Source of the DNA: Acholeplasmatales bacterium
GTDB lineage: Bacteria; Bacillota_I; Bacilli_A; ML615J-28; CAG-313
Assembly (NCBI GenBank): GCA_003539625.1
Contig: DPOU01000008.1
Location: forward strand, 26,041 to 90,040
DNA length: 64,000 nt
Direction of reading: 5' to 3'
The position numbers and the translations under genes were made by a program. Shown piece after piece: positions 25,886 to 36,628 of the stretch (position 1 is the stretch's first letter; each line of letters opens with the position of its first letter). A model generated the notes under the pieces. The model was given only the letters and a program-made list of their open reading frames with translations, did no database searches and was not told where the DNA came from.

Positions 25886-27661
25886 ATGAAGAGAAAAACA
25901 TTATATTTAATGATAGCGTTAATATTGATTTCTAGTATGTTAACTAGTTGTAAAAAGGAAAAATATACCATTACTTATGAAAATGGTAGTGATATAAATA
26001 CCATTACGATAGATGGTGGTAGTCTTGCTACTAATAAAGAAGTTTCAAAAACAGGATATAGATTTATTGGTTGGTATGATGGCGATGTACAATTTGACTT
26101 TTCTAAACCAGTAAAGAAAGATACTAAATTAGTTGCCAAATTTGAAGCAATCAATTACCAAATAACATATGAAAATGATGGTAACAGTGTAAATAATCCA
26201 ACATCATATAATATAGAAACAGAAGACATAATTTTATTAAATCCTACCAAGGAAGGATATAAATTTCTAGGTTGGTATGATGGTGATACTAAAGTAGAAA
26301 AAATTACTAAAGGGACAACTGGTGATATTAAACTTGTTGCTAGATTCCATGAGGCACACAAAGTAACAATTAAATGGGGTGCTGAATTTGAAGATGAAAT
26401 AATATATGTAATTAATGGTGAATTGCTTGATGAACCTGAAACAAAGATTAGAGATGGCTATGTACTTAAGTGTTTTGAACAAAATGGTAGAGAATACGAT
26501 TTTGATAAAGAAGTATATAACGATATTGAACTTGTTGCGGTATGGCTAAAATATTATCAAATAACTATTAATTGGAACGTTGATGATGCAAAAACCATAA
26601 TCCAAGTGCCTGAAGGTGTAACATTAAAACAATTCGGTGCAATTGAAAAGCCAACAAAAGAAGGTTTTGTGTTTGCTAATTATTATGAAGATAAAAATTT
26701 AACTATTTTATTTGGCTTAGAAAAAGAAGTAACCAGCAATATGGAATTATATGCAAGATGGTATGAAAAATATACAATCAACTACGAATTAAATGGTGGC
26801 ACTTGCACAGGATTAATATATGAATATACAGTGTTCGATAAAAAAACAAATATACCACTAGCTAAAAAAGAAGGATATTTCTTTAGAGGCTGGTACAATA
26901 ATCCAGAATTTAATGGAAGTAGAATTTATCGATTTGATGATACAACTACTGGTAATTTTACTCTTTTTGCAAAATGGGAAGAAGCTAATTTAAAAAATTC
27001 ATACATAAGTTTCTTAGGTGATAGTATTTCAACTTATTACAGTTATACACCATTTACTAATGAAGAAAATTCTTGTTATTATCCAAAATATCACGAATTA
27101 ACAGTTGAGCAAACTTGGTGGATGATGACTAGAAATCAATTAGGCTGTAAACTAGGAATTAACAATTCATATAGCGGTACTTGTGTAATGAACAAGTACG
27201 GAAAAAATTCAACCGAAAACATTTCAAGATTAGAAAAATCGCGTAGACTTGATAATTTACCACCTGACATTATGGTTGTATTTATGGGGATGAATGATTC
27301 ACTTGCTGAAGGAGTAGGAGTTGCTCCAAGTGATTTCAAAACTTCATATCGAAATATGATTAATAATATATATAAATTATATCCAGATGTTAAATTGTTC
27401 TTATGTACTATTAGCTTTGAAGTAAATAGAAATAGTCAAAGTTATTATGAAGAACACGTTAAAAATACAGCCGCACTAAATCAAGTAATAATTGATTTGT
27501 CAGTAGAATATAATTTACCACTTATTGATTTTAGAAATGCTTTCAATACACGTGATTACTTAGCTGATACTGTTCACCCTAATGTACTTGGTATGGCAGA
27601 ATTAGCAAAAGTTGCAGTAGGCACAATTAGAGAGTATTTTGACAATTTAGAAAATAATTAA
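25886..27661 (+). CDS. lipoprotein with five Listeria-Bacteroides (InlB B-type) repeats and a C-terminal SGNH/GDSL hydrolase
   Basis: Start at ATG 25886, after GGAGG. Lipobox LTSC. Five G[YF]xFxGWY...L.A[KR][FW] repeats. SGNH blocks FLGDSIS, GMND and DTVHPN. Confidence 0.75.
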   Translation: MKRKTLYLMIALILISSMLTSCKKEKYTITYENGSDINTITIDGGSLATNKEVSKTGYRFIGWYDGDVQFDFSKPVKKDTKLVAKFEAINYQITYENDGNSVNNPTSYNIETEDIILLNPTKEGYKFLGWYDGDTKVEKITKGTTGDIKLVARFHEAHKVTIKWGAEFEDEIIYVINGELLDEPETKIRDGYVLKCFEQNGREYDFDKEVYNDIELVAVWLKYYQITINWNVDDAKTIIQVPEGVTLKQFGAIEKPTKEGFVFANYYEDKNLTILFGLEKEVTSNMELYARWYEKYTINYELNGGTCTGLIYEYTVFDKKTNIPLAKKEGYFFRGWYNNPEFNGSRIYRFDDTTTGNFTLFAKWEEANLKNSYISFLGDSISTYYSYTPFTNEENSCYYPKYHELTVEQTWWMMTRNQLGCKLGINNSYSGTCVMNKYGKNSTENISRLEKSRRLDNLPPDIMVVFMGMNDSLAEGVGVAPSDFKTSYRNMINNIYKLYPDVKLFLCTISFEVNRNSQSYYEEHVKNTAALNQVIIDLSVEYNLPLIDFRNAFNTRDYLADTVHPNVLGMAELAKVAVGTIREYFDNLENN

Positions 27662-27680
27662 AGGAAAGTAGAAGAAACGA

Positions 27681-28343
27681 ATGAATAAAAATATATTAGT
27701 GCCAGTTATATCTTTTTGTATTTTTTTGCTATCAACAGTTACAAGTTATATTTTGAAAAACTATACGTTAACTACTAAAGCATTATTAATAACTGCCGCA
27801 ATCATAATTGCTATTAGCATCATAATTGCAATTGTTTTAAGAAAACTGGTAATTGGAAAAATATTACCGATGATGCTAAATAGTATAGCATTGGGATTTG
27901 CGATTAGAGCTTGGCATATATATAAGGAATACGATTTGTCACTTATTGAAATATTATTACCACTTATCATAATAATGGCATATCTATTAATTATCATTGC
28001 TATTTCCAACATTCCAGTTGTAAAAAATAATGATACTTTATTTGGTATACTTATCACAATAATATTTGTATCTACTATTGTTGCATATATCATAATAGTC
28101 AACAATGTAAAAACAAATTGGTTCTCAACCTTTGGTTATTATTTAATTGTTCAAATAGGAATAATAATAGGATATTTTGTAATTAGAGAAGGCGATGAAA
28201 ATATTATTGATGTAATGTTGTATTCTTCATATACGGTAATAATAGTTGTTATAATCATTGCCATCATTATTGGAGGAGCCGATTCATTAGATTTAGATGT
28301 TCCTGTTAATGGCGAAGGAAAAAAGAAAAAGAAAAATGTTTAA
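27681..28343 (+). CDS. polytopic membrane protein, unknown function
   Basis: 220 aa, about 6 Ile-rich TM helices, Lys-rich C-terminal tail. Confidence 0.5.
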   Translation: MNKNILVPVISFCIFLLSTVTSYILKNYTLTTKALLITAAIIIAISIIIAIVLRKLVIGKILPMMLNSIALGFAIRAWHIYKEYDLSLIEILLPLIIIMAYLLIIIAISNIPVVKNNDTLFGILITIIFVSTIVAYIIIVNNVKTNWFSTFGYYLIVQIGIIIGYFVIREGDENIIDVMLYSSYTVIIVVIIIAIIIGGADSLDLDVPVNGEGKKKKKNV

Positions 28344-28347
28344 AACT

Positions 28348-28373
28348 AAACTACTCTTTTGAGTAGTTTTTTT
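28348..28373 (+). terminator. rho-independent terminator
   Basis: Stem AAACTACTC / GAGTAGTTT, then a T-run. Confidence 0.75.
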
Positions 28374-28425
28374 ACGTAAAAAAAATTCCCCATCGTAGTA
28401 TTTATGAGAAAGGGGAGGACTTTAC

Positions 28426-30414
28426 ATGAAAAAAATTTATTTACTTATATTATGTGCAATAAACTTATTAGTTTTTTGTACAATATCTAAAAGAATATTT
28501 GCAAGTGTAGATATTCAAAATGTTAAAAAAACAATGATTGCTGAGGTTGGTAGTATAAAACCTAAAGACTTAGAATATGAAGGTTACCAAATAGTTTCAT
28601 CAAATATTAACTTTAATAGAAGTGGTGATTATCAAGTCGTATATAGAAATGAAGAAACAAATAATAGTTGCTTTAAAATAGTAAAACTAAAGGATAAAAA
28701 AGACTTAGAAGGACAAATCTCTTATGCTAAAACTACTAATCTAGAAATAGGGGGAATAACAAATGGTACTTTTCAAAAGGTAATTAAAGATAATCAAAAT
28801 AACTATTATATTGCGTATATAAATGAAGTAATAATAGATCAAGAAGAATTGTATGATATTTGTGTTGCCAAGATATATGATAATACAATAATATATCAAA
28901 AAACTATTTTCGAAAAAGAAAAAGGTTTAATTGTTGATATGTTAGTTGATGAAGACAAGTTAGTTATTCTACTTGAAAAAGAAGGAACTAGTAAAACAAA
29001 TGATGTATTTCTATATATTTTAGATGATAAAGGTGAAATACTAAATTTTCAACAGTTTATTGGAAGTGGCATAAATCATGCAATAAAATTATTACAAGAT
29101 ATTACATCCTATTACATTGTAGGTGAAACAACATCTACCGATTATGATTATAATTTTTCACACAAATATAGATGTGGGGTTGTTTTTATTGTCGATAAAG
29201 AGCAGCCAGAACGTTTTACATATTATTCAGTTATTGATGAGAACTATGATGTTACTGTAAACGATGCTTGTATATGCGATGACAAACTGTATGTTTCAAC
29301 TACTATATATAATAAGGAAATAAGAGCTCGCCAATTAGAACTATATGTATTCGATAATATTAGATATGAGTATTATGATAAATCATTATTATTTATAACA
29401 TTGACAAAAACATTGCTGAAAATGAGTTGTGATAATAATGATCAATTAGTAATGGTGTTTGAAGACTATGATGAAGAAAAATCTGGTATGTCACAATATG
29501 TATATATAGTAGATCAAATGCTAAACAAAACATTAGTGTATAAAACAAATTGTTATCGAGCAGAAAATACCAATTTAGTAGATTTTGTAGCAGTAGATAA
29601 TAATGATTATATCTTTTTGTATCATTTATATAATTCAAAAGAACTCAACAAATATGGTTATTTATACCAAGTAGTTAGCAATAATAAAGTATTATTTGAA
29701 ATTGAAAAATATAGCGAGAATGATTCAATTGGAGGTCTTGTTGAAAATAACTATGACGAATTAATATTTAATAATAGAAATAGTTTGAAAATTGATGGTA
29801 TAGATTATAGCTATTTAAATTCGCATGGGACATTAGTTATCAACAATCCTAGTGATACAATTACTTTACCAGTATTGTATGCGGGGGGAGAAAAATGCCA
29901 AATAGATGAAGAAAAATCAACCATTATTTCGCCAACTAGTCAGTTTGGATCATATATTGCAAGATATTATTTTACTAATAAAGATATTGAATATATTTAC
30001 ATAGAAAATATAAGAATTAACCCCTATTGTAATCTTAGAGATAAAGGGCTATATGATACTGATGTTAAAATTAATTTCAATGGGACAGCTACTCTTAATC
30101 ATCAAAGCATTGAATCAGGTTATGAAATATCTAAACCAGGTAGTTATACATTAGAACTAAAGGGCAAAGATGATGAAAAATTTGAAATAAATTTTGAAGT
30201 TGCAAATATATCAAATCGTGAAATTATTGAAGATGATATCGTGCCGGAGATAGAAGAAATTAAAACAAGAGATGACAAAGAAATAAAAAAAGCTATCATA
30301 GAAGAAAGTATAGATCTTAATGATATTAAGAAGAAAACTAAAAACAATTTGTGGTATGTACTACTACCAATTGCTTTTGCCATAGCATTTGTTTTAGTAC
30401 TTAAAAAGAGGTAA
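28426..30414 (+). CDS. tail-anchored surface protein, unknown function
   Basis: 662 aa. Signal peptide, then a large ectodomain, then a C-terminal TM plus KKR. No LPXTG. Confidence 0.55.
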   Translation: MKKIYLLILCAINLLVFCTISKRIFASVDIQNVKKTMIAEVGSIKPKDLEYEGYQIVSSNINFNRSGDYQVVYRNEETNNSCFKIVKLKDKKDLEGQISYAKTTNLEIGGITNGTFQKVIKDNQNNYYIAYINEVIIDQEELYDICVAKIYDNTIIYQKTIFEKEKGLIVDMLVDEDKLVILLEKEGTSKTNDVFLYILDDKGEILNFQQFIGSGINHAIKLLQDITSYYIVGETTSTDYDYNFSHKYRCGVVFIVDKEQPERFTYYSVIDENYDVTVNDACICDDKLYVSTTIYNKEIRARQLELYVFDNIRYEYYDKSLLFITLTKTLLKMSCDNNDQLVMVFEDYDEEKSGMSQYVYIVDQMLNKTLVYKTNCYRAENTNLVDFVAVDNNDYIFLYHLYNSKELNKYGYLYQVVSNNKVLFEIEKYSENDSIGGLVENNYDELIFNNRNSLKIDGIDYSYLNSHGTLVINNPSDTITLPVLYAGGEKCQIDEEKSTIISPTSQFGSYIARYYFTNKDIEYIYIENIRINPYCNLRDKGLYDTDVKINFNGTATLNHQSIESGYEISKPGSYTLELKGKDDEKFEINFEVANISNREIIEDDIVPEIEEIKTRDDKEIKKAIIEESIDLNDIKKKTKNNLWYVLLPIAFAIAFVLVLKKR

Positions 30415-30418
30415 TAAT

Positions 30419-32614
30419 ATGAAGAAAAAACTATTCATAATTGCTATTCTTTTTAGTATTTTTTCGTTTATAAGTTTAAAAGCTCTTTCCTCAAAAGCCG
30501 CCAGTAATATTAACAAACCAATTGTTAATATAGTAGAAGAACAAAAAATAGTGAAAAATAATATTCAAAAAATAATTGATAATAATGTCTACTTGGCAAA
30601 TAATAATACATATTTTATTAATGAAAATATTATTATCGAAGGTAAAATAAATAATTATATATATAATAAAGATAGTATAATATTTACAATTAAAGAGTCA
30701 GATGGCACCATTATATGTAAATATAATCAAACATTAAAGGATAAACAATTAATTGATAAACTACCAATAACCATTAATGACATGGTTGTTTATAATGAAC
30801 AATTGATTGTTGTTGGGGAAGAAAAAAATGATGCATGCATTTACACATATACCATAGATGGTACACAAATAAACAAATATCAGTATGGTGGAAATGCTAA
30901 AGAAAGCTTTTTGAAAATTCAAATTAGTGGTAATTATATATATTTAATAGGTCAAAAAAATGGAATAAGTGAGGGAAGTATATTCAAAAATGTCGGTAAT
31001 GATGAGGATATAAAACCATTCATAATTAGAATGAATTCTTCATTTAAGATAGTAAATGAGTTTTATATTAATGAAAAAACAAAGCTCGAAAAGATAAAAA
31101 ACTTTGCTTTTAATAGTAATATTAGCTTTACAATTGAAACTTTTGATAAACGATTTTTTCACTACGAATTAGATAATGAATTAAAATTAATAAAGCATTA
31201 TGAATTATTACCCCCAATCAAATATAAAGATATTACTAAATTAAACAATAATTGTTATTTATTAGAAACACTTAATACTTACTATTTAGGATTTAAATTA
31301 TCAAACTCTTGGCATTTAATTCCTTTAACTGATATTGATGAAATAAATTATACCAATTTAATAAATGGTAATGTAATAATTACAAACTATTCTAATAATC
31401 AAATAAAAACATATAAAATTAGTGAATATCACATAGAGTATATCAATGACTTTATATATCAATATCCCTATTTAAATTATCAATCAACTAACCATTTCAA
31501 AGTTGAATCTTATCTTGAAGATTTGGAATTTATATATGATAGTGTTGCAAACCAATCGATTAATCTCCAAAAATCAAATACTTATATTGCTAAGTACTAT
31601 GCAATTAAACAAGATGGAACTAGGTTAGACATAGAAACTAACTATATTGTTCAGCCATTTATTAATATAGTTGATGAAGGAGTTTATCCAGTAGGTTATA
31701 AATTATTGTTTACTGATGAAGTTATGGTAAATGATACCAAAGCTATAAATGGTGAATCATTAAATAGTGTTGGAACCTATCAACTAAAACATAATGGTAA
31801 AAGTTATAAAATATATGTTAAAGAAAAAACATATCACAATTTTGATAAAGATTATCTAGAAGCTGATTACATATTAACAAAAGATGATAATGCAATATAT
31901 AAAGTAATTTTAAGCACTAATAAACAAATAAAAAGGGTCATAGTAAATGAAAAAGATTATCCATTTATTCAAAACAATGATGAACTAATACTAAATTTTG
32001 CCTTGGGTGGTAATGATTTTATAAGTTATTACATAGATAGTGTAGTATTTAGTGATGATACAACATTAAAAATAAATCAGTATTATAAACTAAAACGAGT
32101 ATCAACCTACCCTATTTTAAAACTAACTTATGAAAATGACACTTTAAACTATCAAATCAATGATGAAGATAAAACCATATTTGATGTTGTTGTTAAAATG
32201 TATAAAGAAACTACATTGTTAGAAGAAGTTCACACTTTTTTAGAAGATACTAATATTAACTTTAATGTTGACGCAAACAAAGTTGAGGTATTGGTTAGAT
32301 ACCATTTGGAAGGAAAAACCATTGAAGAAGTTAACTTAATTGACTTAGTTGCAACCAAAAAATCAAAGAAGGATAATAATCTCGAATTAACCTTTGGAAA
32401 AAATAATGATATGATAGAAAACATAAAAATAAAAGTAAATGAAGACAGTTTAAAAGTAAAAAATGTGAGTGCCCAAAAAATTGACTTAACTAAAGCTTAT
32501 CAAACTAACGACAATAAATTAATTTGTTATATTTCGATAATAATCACTATAATTCTTGCGATAATTATTATTTCGGTAATTATTAGAAGACACATCAAAA
32601 AAAGCGAACATTAG
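30419..32614 (+). CDS. tail-anchored surface protein, paralog of 28426-30414
   Basis: 731 aa with the same architecture. Shared module [GN][ST]YIA[RK]YY...G[ST]Y.L..GK. Begins 4 nt after the preceding stop. Confidence 0.55.
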   Translation: MKKKLFIIAILFSIFSFISLKALSSKAASNINKPIVNIVEEQKIVKNNIQKIIDNNVYLANNNTYFINENIIIEGKINNYIYNKDSIIFTIKESDGTIICKYNQTLKDKQLIDKLPITINDMVVYNEQLIVVGEEKNDACIYTYTIDGTQINKYQYGGNAKESFLKIQISGNYIYLIGQKNGISEGSIFKNVGNDEDIKPFIIRMNSSFKIVNEFYINEKTKLEKIKNFAFNSNISFTIETFDKRFFHYELDNELKLIKHYELLPPIKYKDITKLNNNCYLLETLNTYYLGFKLSNSWHLIPLTDIDEINYTNLINGNVIITNYSNNQIKTYKISEYHIEYINDFIYQYPYLNYQSTNHFKVESYLEDLEFIYDSVANQSINLQKSNTYIAKYYAIKQDGTRLDIETNYIVQPFINIVDEGVYPVGYKLLFTDEVMVNDTKAINGESLNSVGTYQLKHNGKSYKIYVKEKTYHNFDKDYLEADYILTKDDNAIYKVILSTNKQIKRVIVNEKDYPFIQNNDELILNFALGGNDFISYYIDSVVFSDDTTLKINQYYKLKRVSTYPILKLTYENDTLNYQINDEDKTIFDVVVKMYKETTLLEEVHTFLEDTNINFNVDANKVEVLVRYHLEGKTIEEVNLIDLVATKKSKKDNNLELTFGKNNDMIENIKIKVNEDSLKVKNVSAQKIDLTKAYQTNDNKLICYISIIITIILAIIIISVIIRRHIKKSEH

Positions 32615-32685
32615 AAATTTTGCCGTTGTTCTTGTAAAAAAAATGCTAGTGTGGTATACTAACATTAAAGAAGGAGGCAGTAAGA

Positions 32686-35600
32686 ATGTTCCAATACTTA
32701 TATGTACAAACTGAATATTCTATTTTACAAAGTGCTTGTAAAATCAAGCCTCTAATTGAAAAGCTAAAAGAACAACAGTTACATTCTTGTGCGATTGTTG
32801 ATGAAGGTACAATGTATGGCACCATTAAGTTTTATCAAGAGTGCAATAAGAATAATATTAAGCCAGTAATTGGCTTAAAAGTAAAATATCATTATAACGA
32901 TAAAACCAACAACTTAGTACTACTTGCAATTAACAACTTTGGTTACCAAAATTTAATGAAGATTTCAAGTAGATTACAACTAACTAACAACAACATTGAT
33001 TTTGAATATTTACAAAAAACAACTATGGGATTAATCGCAATACTCCCATATGAAGAATCACTTGTTCAAAAATATCTAGAACGAAATGATGCTAAAAATG
33101 CTATTCAAACATTAGAATTATTAAGAGAAATATATAGCGATTTTTATATTGGTTTAGGAATAAAAAGTATTACCAATTCTAATTTTATTGATAATTATTT
33201 CAAACTATTAAAAAACTACAATTATCAATTTGTAGCACTACCTAAAGTAAGCTTCATAAATGAAAGTGACTATGATGCTTACACTACACTAAAAGCTATA
33301 AAGAATAACGGTGTTTTGGTTGAGGGAATCGAAAATGATAAAAATAATTATCTACATGATGTAAAAAGTGTGGAAACAATTTATTATAATCATTATGATA
33401 TGCTTGAAAATACTTCTAAAATAGCTAACATGTGTAATGTACAAATAGAATTTGGTAAATATCAGTTACCACTATATGAATCAGGCTTAGATAGTTTTGC
33501 CTATTTAAAAGAACTGTGTTCAATAGGTCTTGAAAAAAGAATGCAAAACTTTGAGTATTCATATGATAAAAGAAAATATTATGATCGCTTAAATTATGAA
33601 CTTAATGTCATTAATGAAATGGGCTTTTCTGACTATTTTTTGATTGTTTATGATTATGTTAAATATGCTAAGAAGAATAACATATTTGTTGGACCGGGAA
33701 GAGGTTCTGCCCCAGCTTCACTTGTTGCTTATTCTTTGGGAATAACGGAAATTGATCCGCTATATTATAACTTGTTATTTGAAAGATTTTTAAATAAAGA
33801 ACGTTTATCTATGCCAGATATCGATATCGACTTTCCAGATGATAGACGCGATGAAGTAATTCGCTATGTTGGAAAAAAATATGGTAAGAACAGAGTTGCG
33901 CACATATTAACTTTTGGTACATTTAAAATTAGGCAAGCTATAAATGATTGCGCAAGAGTATTTAAATTAAATGATGTTAAAACAAAAGAAATATATAAAC
34001 ATTTACAAGCTGTAAACACCTATAAAGTATATGATAACCCATCATTAAAAACCTTAATTGAAGCAAGTAGTGATTTACAATTATTAATGAACAATTATGA
34101 AGACATTAATAAAGTGCTAACAATTGCTTGTAAGATTCAAGACATACCTAGAAACATTTCTACCCATGCAGCAGGAATAGTTATAACCAAATTTGATTTA
34201 GTTAATTATACACCACTTGATGAAGGATTAGATGAGATATATCAAACTCAATATGAAGCTAAAGATTTAGAAGCTTTAGGACTATTAAAGATGGACTTTT
34301 TAGGATTAAAGAATCTTACAAACATTGCGAAAACTATTGAATTAATAAGAAAAGATATACCTGACTTTACTCTCCCTAAAAATGAAAATGATTATGATAC
34401 ATACAAGATGATGCGTGAAGGTGATTTGACGGGAGTTTTCCAATTAGAATCGGCGGGGATGCGAAAAGTAATAATGCAACTTAAAACATCTACCTTTGAT
34501 GATATTACACATGCATTAGCACTATATAGACCTGGACCAATGGATATAATACCAAGCTTTATTAGAAGAAAATTTAATGAAGAAAAAGTTGAATACCCTC
34601 ATAAAGATTTAGAACCAATTTTAAAAGAAACTTATGGTATGATTGTATATCAAGATCAAATTATGTTAATTGCTTGTAAATTTGCGGGATACACGTTAGG
34701 TAGAGCAGATATCTTAAGAAGAGCAGTTTCAAAAAAGAAAAAAGAAGTCTTAGAACAAGAAAGAATAAACTTTGTTGAATCATCAGTAAACAGAGGATAT
34801 TCAAGTGATACTGCTAATATGATATATGATTATATTGTTAAATTTGCGGACTACGGATTTAATAAAGCTCATAGTGTTGCTTACGCAAAAATCGCATATC
34901 TTACTGCGTATTTGAAATGCCATTACTTTGCGTATTATATGTCGACACTTATGACCTCTTTTATGGGAAGTTCTTCTGAAATGTTAGAATATACTAAAGA
35001 AGCAACAAAAAAGAATGTTGAGGTATTAAATCCTAACATCAAACTTAGTACTGATGAATTTGAAGTTATAAATGGAAAAATATATTTCCCATTATCCATC
35101 ATTAAGGGGTTAGGAGAAATAAAAACTAAACAGTGTATTGAAGAAAGAACAAAGGTTCAGTTTAAAGACTATGAAGACTTTGTTGAAAGAACTAAAGATT
35201 TTCTAGCCATATCACTTCTTGAAAATATAATATATAGTGGAGCGCTAGATGATTTTGGGCTAACTAAAAAGGCAATGATTGAAAACTTAAAATCTATTAT
35301 TGATCGTTCAAACTATGGATTTATAAAAGATATGATTAAAACTGATTATACTGATGAAGAATTTAGTTATGGGATATTACAAGAAAAAGAATTAGAAGTA
35401 ATTGGAATAAATATAAAGTATAATTTTTACCAACAATTTGCTAGTTTTTATAGTAAATATAATTTAGTAAAAATAGCAAATCTAAGCGAAAACAAAGAAG
35501 CAAGAACTATCGGTACAGTAAAGAGAGTAAGAGAAACAAAAACAAAAAATAACGAAACAATGGCATTTGTCGAAATAACCGATGACACGTCAAATATTGA

Positions 35601-35733
35601 GATAGTATTATTCCCTATGATTTATCAACAAATAGGAAAATTACAAAACGGAATGATTTTAATGATTTCTGGAAAGACCCAAAAAAGAATGACGCTACAA
35701 ATCATTGTTGATCGTTTCAAAATAATATCATAA
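32686..35733 (+). CDS. dnaE: DNA polymerase III alpha subunit (DnaE type)
   Basis: 1015 aa. N-terminal PHP domain, GRGSAPASLVAYSLGIT, PDIDIDF, HAAGIVI, and an OB fold at the C-terminus. Confidence 0.92.
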   Translation: MFQYLYVQTEYSILQSACKIKPLIEKLKEQQLHSCAIVDEGTMYGTIKFYQECNKNNIKPVIGLKVKYHYNDKTNNLVLLAINNFGYQNLMKISSRLQLTNNNIDFEYLQKTTMGLIAILPYEESLVQKYLERNDAKNAIQTLELLREIYSDFYIGLGIKSITNSNFIDNYFKLLKNYNYQFVALPKVSFINESDYDAYTTLKAIKNNGVLVEGIENDKNNYLHDVKSVETIYYNHYDMLENTSKIANMCNVQIEFGKYQLPLYESGLDSFAYLKELCSIGLEKRMQNFEYSYDKRKYYDRLNYELNVINEMGFSDYFLIVYDYVKYAKKNNIFVGPGRGSAPASLVAYSLGITEIDPLYYNLLFERFLNKERLSMPDIDIDFPDDRRDEVIRYVGKKYGKNRVAHILTFGTFKIRQAINDCARVFKLNDVKTKEIYKHLQAVNTYKVYDNPSLKTLIEASSDLQLLMNNYEDINKVLTIACKIQDIPRNISTHAAGIVITKFDLVNYTPLDEGLDEIYQTQYEAKDLEALGLLKMDFLGLKNLTNIAKTIELIRKDIPDFTLPKNENDYDTYKMMREGDLTGVFQLESAGMRKVIMQLKTSTFDDITHALALYRPGPMDIIPSFIRRKFNEEKVEYPHKDLEPILKETYGMIVYQDQIMLIACKFAGYTLGRADILRRAVSKKKKEVLEQERINFVESSVNRGYSSDTANMIYDYIVKFADYGFNKAHSVAYAKIAYLTAYLKCHYFAYYMSTLMTSFMGSSSEMLEYTKEATKKNVEVLNPNIKLSTDEFEVINGKIYFPLSIIKGLGEIKTKQCIEERTKVQFKDYEDFVERTKDFLAISLLENIIYSGALDDFGLTKKAMIENLKSIIDRSNYGFIKDMIKTDYTDEEFSYGILQEKELEVIGINIKYNFYQQFASFYSKYNLVKIANLSENKEARTIGTVKRVRETKTKNNETMAFVEITDDTSNIEIVLFPMIYQQIGKLQNGMILMISGKTQKRMTLQIIVDRFKIIS

Positions 35734-35746
35734 AAGGAGAATTAAA

Positions 35747-36628
35747 ATGCGAGTACTTTGCTTTGATATTGGTGGAACCAATGTAAAATATGGAGTTATA
35801 GAAAACGAACAATTTATAGAAAAAGGTTTATTTGACACAGAAGCACAATTAGGTAAAGAGGTATTAGATGGTAAACTAGTTAAGATTGCCAAAGAAATGA
35901 AAGAAAAATACCAAATCGAAGGTATTGGAATTTCTTGTGCTGGTAGCGTTAACTTTGAAAAAGCATATATATCAATCGCGCCAGATGCGTTACCTACTTT
36001 CTCAGATTGGGATTTTAGAAAACTATTTATAGAAAATGTTGGATTAGACTGTATAGCAGATAATGACGTAAATAGTTTTGCGAAAGCAGAATGTGTAAAA
36101 GGAGCAGCCGAAGATTATGACCACTTTATTGTAATAACAATTGGTACAGGTATTGGTGGTGCCATTGTTATGAATGATGAAATATGGCGTGGTAAGAACT
36201 ATAATGCGGGGGAAGTTGGTAGAGTATTAATTGGTAATGCCAAGTGGGAGAGTGTTGCCTCAACATCAGCTTTAATAAAAGATGCAAGACGTGCAGGTTT
36301 AGATGTTAAAAATGGTATTGAACTATTCAAATTATACGATGATCATGACGACATTGCTATGGCAGTAGTAAATCGTTTCTATGATTTATTAGGTACAGGT
36401 ATGGCTAACTTAGTATATGTATTTAATCCTGAAGCTATAGTTGTTGGTGGTGGAATTTCCAAACGTGAAGGGCTTGCGGAAATCTTAGAAAAATATATGA
36501 ATTCACATCTTTCATATGGATTTAGAAATACTGCTAAAGTTGTTAGTGCCACATTTAAAAATGATGGTGGTATGCTTGGTGCTTATTATAACTTTTTAGA
36601 ATATGTAAATAAAAACGGAGGAGAATAA
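35747..36628 (+). CDS. ROK family sugar kinase (glucokinase-like)
   Basis: 293 aa. FDIGGTNVKYG ATP-binding N-terminus, TIGTGIGGA, and GEVG. Confidence 0.8.
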   Translation: MRVLCFDIGGTNVKYGVIENEQFIEKGLFDTEAQLGKEVLDGKLVKIAKEMKEKYQIEGIGISCAGSVNFEKAYISIAPDALPTFSDWDFRKLFIENVGLDCIADNDVNSFAKAECVKGAAEDYDHFIVITIGTGIGGAIVMNDEIWRGKNYNAGEVGRVLIGNAKWESVASTSALIKDARRAGLDVKNGIELFKLYDDHDDIAMAVVNRFYDLLGTGMANLVYVFNPEAIVVGGGISKREGLAEILEKYMNSHLSYGFRNTAKVVSATFKNDGGMLGAYYNFLEYVNKNGGE

